Positions 1 to 7,075 of a DNA stretch of 13,896 nucleotides are shown here, one piece after another (within the stretch, counting starts at the first letter, position 1; the number at the start of each line of letters is the position of its first letter). Origin of the DNA: Verrucomicrobiota bacterium (GTDB lineage Bacteria > Verrucomicrobiota > Verrucomicrobiia > Chthoniobacterales > UBA6821); assembly GCA_008932965.1 (NCBI GenBank), contig WBXG01000046.1, positions 1 to 13,896 on the forward strand. The letters are read 5' to 3'. Under the pieces are notes generated by a model that was not told the origin of the DNA, searched no databases, and saw only the letters and a program-made list of their open reading frames with translations. The translations under genes were made by a program, and so were the position numbers.

Positions 1-770
1 AGGAAAAAGGAAATTTATTAGTCGCACTCCCGGATGACGGTCTTGCTATTTTACCTGCAGCTGATGATTTTTGTGATGCATTAGCCTCAAGGACACAAGC
101 ACGGGTTCTTCGAGTCGGTATCGGATCGGGAGACTTGCAAGCTACTCATATACTCCCACTAAAAAAAGGAATGGAATTTCAAGTCTCTTACCAAGGAGAA
201 AGACTTCCAGGGTTCTTGCCAGTGATAGGAGCCCATATGGTCCATAATGCGTTATTTGCACTTGCTGTTGGACTAGAATGTGGAATTCCTTTTCAAGAAG
301 GAGTGGCTCTTCTTGAGAAACTACATCCCTCAGAGAGTAGGCTGCAGCTTTATGAATTTGGAGAGATCACACTTGTGGATGATTGTTATAATGCCAGTCC
401 AGATTCTATGGAAGCAGCATTGACCTCTATTGCTTCATTAAAAGCTCACAGGAGAATCGCTCTTCTAGGATGTATGGGTGAGTTGGGGGACTATACGTTG
501 AAAGGATACGAACGTGTCGGTCTCAAAGCCGCTGCACTCATGGATGTGTTAATTGTAGTTGGTGATGAAACTCTTCCTCTTGCAGAGGTAGCACGTGATG
601 CAGGAATGAAAGAGGTCCATCATGTGAGCAACAACAATGAAGCGACAAAGCTCATTTCCTCATTCCTATGTGCTGGAGATATTCTTCTTATCAAAGGGAG
701 CAAGCGTGCTTATCTCAACCAGGTTTCAGAGGCAGTAAGAGCGCTGTGCCAACAGCACGAACCCGAATGA
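1..770 (+). CDS. murF: UDP-N-acetylmuramoyl-tripeptide--D-alanyl-D-alanine ligase (MurF), 5'-truncated by the window edge
   Basis: The reading frame (codon phase from nt 3) is open from the window edge to TGA at 768-770. The TTG at 135 in the ORF track is internal. It carries Mur-ligase C-terminal motifs 'LVDDCYNASPDSM' and 'LLGCMGELG', and sits directly upstream of mraY as in dcw clusters. Confidence 0.9.
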   Translation, partial: EKGNLLVALPDDGLAILPAADDFCDALASRTQARVLRVGIGSGDLQATHILPLKKGMEFQVSYQGERLPGFLPVIGAHMVHNALFALAVGLECGIPFQEGVALLEKLHPSESRLQLYEFGEITLVDDCYNASPDSMEAALTSIASLKAHRRIALLGCMGELGDYTLKGYERVGLKAAALMDVLIVVGDETLPLAEVARDAGMKEVHHVSNNNEATKLISSFLCAGDILLIKGSKRAYLNQVSEAVRALCQQHEPE

Positions 771-784
771 AATAGGCGGGCTAG
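765..784. repeat. Possible solitary repeat-family terminus (GAATGAAATAGGCGGGCTAG) overlapping the murF stop codon, followed by the palindrome CGGGCTAGCCCG
   Basis: About 16 of 19 positions match the right-type terminus of copy E1 (1021-1039, TATAAAATATTCGGGCTAG). It ends in CTAG like E1. It is short and degenerate, so it could be chance. Confidence 0.35.
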
Positions 785-856
785 CCCGGCCTCGAAAAGT
801 TTTTATGTTCTATTTCTCATTTTCATTCACGTTTTTAAGATCATCGGTTACTCTTT

Positions 857-1039
857 GGCCCAAATATTTCATACCGATTACCTGCGGAGACTGGGAAGCA
901 AGGGTGGATGCTGCATTAGACTCCCATTTTGACTTGGGCAGTATGCACTCCTACAGCCCTGTGTTAAAATACTTGCCCTCCATGCTCTTTCAGCCTTCAC
1001 TGCCTCCTCGTCATCATTAGTATAAAATATTCGGGCTAG
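857..1039 (+). mobile_element. MITE-like non-autonomous element, copy E1 (short type, about 183 bp)
   Basis: The left end GGCCCAAATATTTCATACCGATTA (857-880) is an imperfect inverted repeat of the right end ATTAGTATAAAATATTCGGGCTAG (1016-1039). The interior aligns with copies at 13703-13887 and (reverse complement) 12684-12954, for example CTGCGGAG.CTGGGAAGC..G.TGGATGCTGC and the central hairpin GGCAGTATG..CTACAGCC at 937-958. There is no coding capacity conserved between copies. Confidence 0.8.
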
Positions 1040-1066
1040 GAGATTCTTTCTAACACCTCTTTATTC

Positions 1067-2188
1067 ATGCTCTATTATCTTTATCAACTAAGTGAACTTT
1101 TTCACGGTAGTGACGTCGCAAAAGCATTTCATGTTTTTCAGTATATTTCGTTTCGAGCTATGGGGGCGGGCCTCTCTGCTTTTCTATTCTCTCTTTTTTT
1201 TGGAAAATCAGTTATCAAGCGCCTCATCGAACTTCGTTTGGGTCAGCCGATTCGTACAGCTGAAGATTTAAATCGTACGTTTGCTCTGCATGAAGATAAA
1301 CAGGGAACTCCAACGATGGGTGGGATTTTGCTCGTCGGTTCCGTGCTCTTTTCTACTCTGATTTGGGCTCGCCTGAATAATCCATTGATCTGGATTTCAT
1401 TTTTTACGGCAGCTTATTTAGGAGCTTTAGGATTTTTCGATGATTACCTCAAGGTGACAAAAAAAAAATCAGCTGGCATTAGTAGTCGACACAAATTTTT
1501 ACTTCAATCGTTACTTGCTGCCATTGTGACGCTTGCTTTTATTTTCATTCCTTCCTTATCAGTTCAAGCTCAAGAACTCTACGTTCCCTTTTTAAAAGGA
1601 CCTCTCATTACTCATCTTGGTATTGCAGCTACTTTTCTATTTTATCTTTTAGTCATTGTTGGGAGTTCTAATGCCGTTAATATCACCGACGGTCTTGATG
1701 GCTTGGCTGCTGGTTGTACTGTCATGGCTGCCTTTGCCTACGCTGTTTTTACCTATCTAGCAGGTAACCTCAAAGTGGCTACCTACCTTCAAATACCACA
1801 TAATCTTTACTCAGGAGAGCTCTCTATTGTGAGTATGGCCCTAGCCGGTGCTGCGCTCGGCTTTCTCTGGTGGAACTGTCATCCTGCCCGTGTTTTTATG
1901 GGTGACACTGGATCCCTTGCCATTGGTGGACTCCTTGGAGTTCTCGCTATTAGCTGCAAGCAAGAAATTTTACTCATGCTGGTTGGAGGTGTTTTCGTTG
2001 CAGAAGCTCTTTCCGTTATTTTACAAGTAGCAAGTTTCAAGCTTACCGGACGTCGTATTTTTAAAATGTCACCACTACATCACCATTTCGAATTAAGTGG
2101 ATGGAAGGAGTCGACTGTCACGATTCGGTTTTGGATTATGGCTATCGTCTTAGGAATCATTGGTCTTGTAACGTTAAAGCTGAGATAA
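1067..2188 (+). CDS. mraY: Phospho-N-acetylmuramoyl-pentapeptide transferase (MraY)
   Basis: A 373 aa polytopic membrane protein with MraY signatures 'NAVNITDGLDGLA', 'MGDTGSLAIGG' and 'SPLHHHFE', in dcw context between murF and murD. Confidence 0.97.
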   Translation: MLYYLYQLSELFHGSDVAKAFHVFQYISFRAMGAGLSAFLFSLFFGKSVIKRLIELRLGQPIRTAEDLNRTFALHEDKQGTPTMGGILLVGSVLFSTLIWARLNNPLIWISFFTAAYLGALGFFDDYLKVTKKKSAGISSRHKFLLQSLLAAIVTLAFIFIPSLSVQAQELYVPFLKGPLITHLGIAATFLFYLLVIVGSSNAVNITDGLDGLAAGCTVMAAFAYAVFTYLAGNLKVATYLQIPHNLYSGELSIVSMALAGAALGFLWWNCHPARVFMGDTGSLAIGGLLGVLAISCKQEILLMLVGGVFVAEALSVILQVASFKLTGRRIFKMSPLHHHFELSGWKESTVTIRFWIMAIVLGIIGLVTLKLR

Positions 2189-3544
2189 GTGATGAACTAC
2201 CTAGGAAAAAAATGTGTTGTGTTAGGTTTGGGTAAAAGTGGCCTTGCCGCAGCTCGATTACTCTCTGAAAAAGGGGCTATTGTTTCTATTGTCGATAGTA
2301 GCAATTCAAAATCACTCCAAGAAAAGAGAACGTTATTATCCTCAAAAAAAATAAAAGTATATCTCGGTGCTGCAGCACACAACGATCCTACCCATTACGA
2401 TGTGGCAATCTTGAGTCCGGGAATAGAACCGACTTCCCCACTTGTGATGAATGTCACTCGAAAAGGGACTCCTTTATTAGGGGAGCTGGAGCTGGCTTGT
2501 TCTTTTACTTCTAGACCTATCATTGCCATTACTGGCACCAATGGAAAAACAACAACAACGGAATTAACCACACGAGCACTTCAGGGTTCAGGATTGCGTC
2601 CTATTGCTTGTGGTAATATTGGACTTCCTTTTTCAGAGGCTGTTCTCCTGAGTGATGATCTGGATCTTTTTGTCATTGAGGTAAGTTCTTTTCAATTGGA
2701 GGGAATAGAAACATTTCATCCCCATGTTGCCGTTTGGTTGAACCTCACGCCTAATCACCTTGACCGTTATCAAAGCATGGAAGAATACCGTAATGCAAAA
2801 CTACGCATTTTCAAAAATCTTCATGAGAATGATATTGCCGTGCTTCCTTTCTCCTTTAATAGGGCATCTGCAGGAATAAAAGCACGCTGTATTACCTTTA
2901 GTACAACTACTCAGGATGCTGATTTTTCTTTTGCTAACGATCTTCTTTTTTATCAACACAAACCATTCCTTAATATCCAAGAGACACAATTGCGAGGTCT
3001 TCACAATGTGGAGAATCTTATGGCAGCTTTTGCTGTTGGGGTAGCTCTGGGAAAGCCTCTAGAGTCTATGTGCGAGGCAATCAAAGATTATACCCCACCA
3101 GAACATCGTTGTGAGAGGGTTGCAGAGAGCGAGGGAGTAATCTGGATCAATGATTCCAAGTCAACAACACTTGATTCCTTAGAGAAAGCCATACTCTCTA
3201 TTGAAAAATCACATCCTATTATTTTAATTGCTGGGGGTAAAAATAAAGGATCCTCGTTTCAACCCCTTCTTCCATTAATTCAGGAGCGTGTCAAAGCGGC
3301 AATCCTCATCGGAGAATTAAAACAATCCATCGCATGCGAGTGGAATGCAATTCGCTCCTATCAGTCAGACAGTTTGGAAGAGGCTGTTACCAAGGCTCAC
3401 GAGCTTGCTATGGCAGGAGATACCATTTTGTTTTCTCCAGGAACCTCTTCCTATGATATGTTTACCGATTATCAAGAGAGAGGAAACTCCTTTAAAAAAG
3501 CTGTTGCGTTAACAGTCAATCGTGAAGCAACCAGGAAGATGTAA
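2189..3544 (+). CDS. murD: UDP-N-acetylmuramoylalanine--D-glutamate ligase (MurD)
   Basis: A 451 aa protein with N-terminal 'GLGKSG' fold, P-loop 'GTNGKTTT', and 'NDSKSTT' and 'SPGTSSYDMF' motifs typical of MurD. The start is either GTG 2189, abutting the mraY TAA, or ATG 2192. Confidence 0.95.
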   Translation: MMNYLGKKCVVLGLGKSGLAAARLLSEKGAIVSIVDSSNSKSLQEKRTLLSSKKIKVYLGAAAHNDPTHYDVAILSPGIEPTSPLVMNVTRKGTPLLGELELACSFTSRPIIAITGTNGKTTTTELTTRALQGSGLRPIACGNIGLPFSEAVLLSDDLDLFVIEVSSFQLEGIETFHPHVAVWLNLTPNHLDRYQSMEEYRNAKLRIFKNLHENDIAVLPFSFNRASAGIKARCITFSTTTQDADFSFANDLLFYQHKPFLNIQETQLRGLHNVENLMAAFAVGVALGKPLESMCEAIKDYTPPEHRCERVAESEGVIWINDSKSTTLDSLEKAILSIEKSHPIILIAGGKNKGSSFQPLLPLIQERVKAAILIGELKQSIACEWNAIRSYQSDSLEEAVTKAHELAMAGDTILFSPGTSSYDMFTDYQERGNSFKKAVALTVNREATRKM

Positions 3545-3571
3545 CGACTGGATCAAAAAACAAACTGAGTC

Positions 3572-3742
3572 TTAACACGCCTATTTCATACCGATTCTGC
3601 TGCGGCTTGCGAACACCTGATGGATACTACGTCAGCCTCGAATTGCTCCTCGGGCAGTATGAAACATACAGCTGTCGTCGCAATCCATCACCTTCGTTGA
3701 CTCGCTCGCTCCCGCTCGTCTCGCCCTTTCAGGGCTGCCACC
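3572..3742 (+). mobile_element. MITE-like element, copy E2 (long type, right portion missing)
   Basis: The left terminus is TTAACACGCCTATTTCATACCGATTC (3572-3597). The sub-terminal block CTGCGGCTTGCGAACACCTGATGGATACTA is shared with the copy at 10445-10553. The central hairpin lies at 3653-3672. A 34-nt block at 3696-3729 is a perfect inverted match to 12796-12829. The copy stops abruptly at the TTAA (3743-3746) that begins copy E3. Confidence 0.75.
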
Positions 3743-3927
3743 TTAACCCGGATATTCATGTTCCATTTATTACTTCTTGTGAAAAACTCTATGATTACAG
3801 CGTTGTTTTCGAATTGTGATTTGGGCGGTATAGGTACATACTGCACAAGTCAAAATATAAATCTAACGCTCCATCCAGCTGGCGTCCCGGCCTTTGTTGT
3901 CGATTTATTATGAAATATTCGGGCTAA
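3743..3927 (-). mobile_element. MITE-like element, copy E3 (short type, 185 bp, opposite orientation)
   Basis: Termini are TTAACCCGGATATTCATG (3743-3760) and TTATTATGAAATATTCGGGCTAA (3905-3927). The reverse complement aligns with E5 and E1 over the first 105 nt or so (GGCCGGGA.GCCAG.TGGATG, hairpin at 3824-3844). Confidence 0.75.
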
Positions 3928-3984
3928 AATCTTCATTCCTATAAAATCTCTCCCCATGCGTTCACTATTCAATCACCCAAAGCT

Positions 3985-4638
3985 ATGAAATCATCCTCAT
4001 CGAAACGTCCTCTTCGAGCAAAAGCCTCGACTATTAATCCCGCTGAATTTGAAGACTATGGACCAGAGCCAAATATGAAGCTCTCCCATGCCTTTATGGT
4101 TGTCCTAGCTCTTCACATTATTGCTGTAGGTGGACTGTTTGCGTTCAACAAACTCAAAGCAAGCCATGCCCCATTTTCATTAAAGTCAAAAGCAGAACAC
4201 CTTTCTGATCAAGAATCTCCTAGTTCTAAGGTGATATCCAACAAGTTATCTCACGCCTCTGCCGTGAATACTACGAATGTGCCAACAGTGGCCTCTCATC
4301 AGCAAACACAGGCTCCTGCCCCTGTTAATATAGCAGCACCAGTTGTGCAAGCTCCAGTGGCTCAGCAGCCCTCTGGAATAAATCAAAATCCTCCTCCAAA
4401 TCCAAGTTCTCCTCCTCCAGTAGCTGCACCTTCTCCAGAGGAGGCTGCCAAGGTATCTTCTCAAGAAACTTTCAAAGAGTATACGATTGTAAAAGGGGAC
4501 AACCCTTACAAATTAGCGAAAAAATTTCATGTCAATTATGAAGAACTCATGAAGGTGAACAATATTTCAGATCCTAGAAAAATTCAGATTGGTCAGAAAT
4601 TAAAAATCCCTGCCAAAGCTATTGTAAAAAGTAAATAG
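3985..4638 (+). CDS. Bitopic membrane protein with a Pro/Gln/Ala-rich linker and a C-terminal LysM peptidoglycan-binding domain (no catalytic domain recognised)
   Basis: A 217 aa protein. It has a basic N-terminal tail, one predicted TM helix ('AFMVVLALHIIAVGGLFAF', nt about 4090-4146) and a low-complexity linker ('APAPVNIAAPVVQAPVAQQPSGINQNPPPNPSSPPPVAAPSP'). A canonical LysM domain, 'YTIVKGDNPYKLAKKFHVNYEELMKVNNISDPRKIQIGQKLKIP', spans nt 4480-4611. An alternative start is ATG 4075. Confidence 0.8.
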   Translation: MKSSSSKRPLRAKASTINPAEFEDYGPEPNMKLSHAFMVVLALHIIAVGGLFAFNKLKASHAPFSLKSKAEHLSDQESPSSKVISNKLSHASAVNTTNVPTVASHQQTQAPAPVNIAAPVVQAPVAQQPSGINQNPPPNPSSPPPVAAPSPEEAAKVSSQETFKEYTIVKGDNPYKLAKKFHVNYEELMKVNNISDPRKIQIGQKLKIPAKAIVKSK

Positions 4639-4811
4639 GTAAAAACGGGGCTGGTGAGGAGCATGCAACTAGTTTTGAGAAATTTATTTTGATAAACAAT
4701 CTATAGTATGATTCATTGCCATCCTTGTCTGCATCAGCCGTTGCAGCCTCTTCATGACACTTTAGTATGAACTATAAGGTCTAAGAGCTCCCTGTACTCT
4801 CATTGCTATCC

Positions 4812-5957
4812 ATGCAACGTAATTCGATCTATCTCCTTCTTCTATCTGTTGTAGCCTTGATTGCGCTTGGAGTAGTGATGCTTTTTAGCACAAGTGCTTT
4901 TGCTCAAGATAGCCATGGAGATATTTATTATTTTGTGAAAAGGCAGTTGCTATGGCTTGGAATCGGGATCATCGCTTGTGTCTTAACCTCCTTGACCGAC
5001 TACCATTGGTGGCGTCGGACATGGATGTTCTGGTTTGGAATCGCGCTGATACTTCTCCTGCTTTGTTTTGTTCCCCATATTGGTATGCGCATTAACGGCT
5101 CTCATCGGTGGTTGAACCTTCATGTAGCTGCATTTCAACCGAGTGAACTTGGAAAAGTAGCAGCTGTTTTTTTCTTAGCATGGTGGTTTTCACGAGAGGA
5201 AATTAAGGAGGGAGGATGTTTTCAAACACTCGTCATTCCGCTCTCTATTTTAGCTCTTCCGATGGGACTCATTGCTGCTGAAGTTGATTTAGGAACAACA
5301 GCATTAATTGGGGTAACAGCGCTTGCGATGATGTTCGTGGGTGGTACTCGTAAACGTTATCTTTTTCCAATATTGGGAGCTGGTATCGCTGGCCTCATTG
5401 GCTTGATTTATCTGATTCCAGAACGTGCTGCACGCATGATGACATTCTTGCACCCGGAATCTGATAAATTGGGCAAAGGCTTGCAACAATGGCAGGCCCT
5501 CATTGCTTTTGGTTCAGGGGGTATTGAGGGACTTGGATTGGGAGAAGGAAGGCAAAAAATGCTTTATCTTCCTTATGCTCATACTGATTTTATTTTTCCA
5601 ATGATTGGGGAGGAATTAGGACTGAGAGCCACATGGGGAGTGATATTCTGCTACCTTCTTATTCTTCTTTGTGGAGGTCTTATTGCGGCCAATGCTCGCG
5701 ACCGTTTTGGAAAATTGTTAGCTACAGGGCTTATTCTTCTCGTAACACTGCAGGCTATTATCAATATTGGAATGACGATCTCCTTTTTGCCAAACAAGGG
5801 AATGCCACTCCCTTTTATTAGCTATGGAGGAACGAATCTAGCTGCATCACTTTTTATGATTGGTATCTTAATCAACATTCATCAAAGGGGTATCCCTATA
5901 ACACGTTCTGAGGAGGAATCTGTTGTATTGGGAGGCAGAGCCATCCCTCGTTTTTAA
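4812..5957 (+). CDS. ftsW: SEDS-family peptidoglycan glycosyltransferase / lipid II flippase-type division protein FtsW
   Basis: A polytopic membrane protein with SEDS motifs 'QPSELGK', 'AHTDFIFPMIGEELG' and 'GMPLPFISYGGT'. Its position between murD and murG favours FtsW over RodA. I take ATG 4812 as the start; the ORF track starts 3 codons earlier at TTG 4803. Confidence 0.9.
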   Translation: MQRNSIYLLLLSVVALIALGVVMLFSTSAFAQDSHGDIYYFVKRQLLWLGIGIIACVLTSLTDYHWWRRTWMFWFGIALILLLLCFVPHIGMRINGSHRWLNLHVAAFQPSELGKVAAVFFLAWWFSREEIKEGGCFQTLVIPLSILALPMGLIAAEVDLGTTALIGVTALAMMFVGGTRKRYLFPILGAGIAGLIGLIYLIPERAARMMTFLHPESDKLGKGLQQWQALIAFGSGGIEGLGLGEGRQKMLYLPYAHTDFIFPMIGEELGLRATWGVIFCYLLILLCGGLIAANARDRFGKLLATGLILLVTLQAIINIGMTISFLPNKGMPLPFISYGGTNLAASLFMIGILINIHQRGIPITRSEEESVVLGGRAIPRF

Positions 5958-5961
5958 ATAT

Positions 5962-7053
5962 ATGGGAAAATATTTTGTTATTGCATGTGGTGGTACCGGT
6001 GGTCATCTCTTTCCTGGATTAGCCGTTGCTGAGGTGTTGCATGAACGAGGTCATGAAATTCTTTTGCTTGTTTCAGAAAAAGAAATCGATGCAATTGCGT
6101 TAAAAAATTATCCTGAATTCCGCGTTGAAAAACTCCCTTCCATTGGAATGCCTTCGCGTATATCACCAGCATTTATTCGATTTTTGCGTCGTGCTTGGGA
6201 GAGCTTTTCGCATTGTCGACAACTCTATCGTCGTTATCGACCAGCAGCTATTTTAGGAATGGGTGGATTTACATCAGCAACTCCAATATTAGCTGCCCAT
6301 TTTTTGAATATTCCCTCCTATATTCACGAATCTAATGCCATTGCTGGCAGAGCTAATCGATTAACAGCACGATGGGTTAGCAAGGTTTTACTTGGCTTTG
6401 AAGCATGTGCCTCTTTTTTTCCTAAAAGTAGATACGCTTTGACTGGAACACCGGTAAGACGAGATCTTGGAGAGCGATTATTACGTGAAGATGCTCTAGA
6501 AAAATTCAAATTATCTCCTGATCGCCACACCATTTTAGTAATGGGAGGAAGTCAAGGTGCTGCGCAAATTAATCAAATTCTTTTTAAATCAGTCTCCTTA
6601 CTCAAAGAGCTCCCAATACAGATCATCCATTTAACTGGAGAGCAAGATGACCATCTTGCCGCAATCAATTATCAACGAGAAGGCATTCATGCCTATGTGG
6701 CCTCTTTTTATCATCACATGAACGAGGCCTATTCTGCAGCTGACTTTGTGATTTCAAGAGCTGGGGCTGCAAGCTTGAGTGAAATTTCTCATTTCGGCCT
6801 TCCCTCGCTCCTCATTCCTTTTCCATTTGCTGCAGAGCAACATCAACATCGGAATGCTGCTATTTTCCAACAAGCAGGTGCTGCAGAAGTTTTAGAAGAA
6901 TCAGAAATTACTCCTGAAATTTTAGTTCGACTCATTACTAATTTATTTGATGACTCGGCACGACGCGAGAGAATGGCTCATGCAGCATCACTGATTTTAC
7001 CACGTCATGCAGCAGAAGCAGTTGCTGATGTTATGGAGGGAAAAACAATTTAA
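5962..7053 (+). CDS. murG: UDP-N-acetylglucosamine--N-acetylmuramyl-(pentapeptide) pyrophosphoryl-undecaprenol GlcNAc transferase (MurG)
   Basis: Motifs 'ACGGTGGHLFPGLAVA', 'MGGSQGA' and 'ISRAGAASLSE'. ATG 5962 gives the usual short N-terminus before GGTGGH. An alternative start, TTG 5923, is preceded by AGGAGG (5911-5916) and would overlap ftsW by 35 nt. Confidence 0.95.
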   Translation: MGKYFVIACGGTGGHLFPGLAVAEVLHERGHEILLLVSEKEIDAIALKNYPEFRVEKLPSIGMPSRISPAFIRFLRRAWESFSHCRQLYRRYRPAAILGMGGFTSATPILAAHFLNIPSYIHESNAIAGRANRLTARWVSKVLLGFEACASFFPKSRYALTGTPVRRDLGERLLREDALEKFKLSPDRHTILVMGGSQGAAQINQILFKSVSLLKELPIQIIHLTGEQDDHLAAINYQREGIHAYVASFYHHMNEAYSAADFVISRAGAASLSEISHFGLPSLLIPFPFAAEQHQHRNAAIFQQAGAAEVLEESEITPEILVRLITNLFDDSARRERMAHAASLILPRHAAEAVADVMEGKTI

Positions 7054-7075
7054 CCCAAATATTTCACACTCAATC
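7050..7075 (+). repeat. Solitary repeat-family terminus filling the whole murG/gltA convergent gap
   Basis: TTAA-CCCAAATATTTCACACTCAATC matches the left-type termini of E1 (GGCCCAAATATTTCATAC) and E5 (ACACGGATATTTCACACTAATC). No partner end or interior follows it. Confidence 0.65.

Noticed and set aside
774-805. Palindrome CGGGCTAGCCCG after murF as an intrinsic terminator
   Set aside because: The stem is only 4-5 bp, and the T-run (800-804) is about 13 nt away rather than adjacent. The palindrome is better explained as two abutting repeat-type termini sharing CTAG.
805-1020. 71 aa ORF between murF and mraY
   Set aside because: It lies almost wholly inside repeat copy E1. The homologous sequence in other copies is not open in the same frame, there is no recognisable domain, and the composition is odd. 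I treat it as an artefact of the repeat.
3607-3819. 70 aa ORF sharing the peptide 'LRTPDGYYV' with the ORF at 10402-10722
   Set aside because: The shared peptide just reflects nucleotide identity of copies E2 and E6. The corresponding frame in copy E4 is interrupted (TTTTAG in place of TTTCAG at the position equivalent to 3727-3732). The ORF also crosses the E2/E3 junction. The 10402-10722 ORF overlaps the 3' end of the PBP gene.
4639-4802. Possible decayed repeat copy or promoter in the LysM-gene/ftsW spacer (two TAGTATGA motifs at about 4705 and 4765; TTGATA / TATGAT hexamers)
   Set aside because: Similarity to the family is limited to a 7-8 nt core with no CCCGG terminus. The promoter-like hexamers are only 12 nt apart. 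This is not supportable from the sequence alone.
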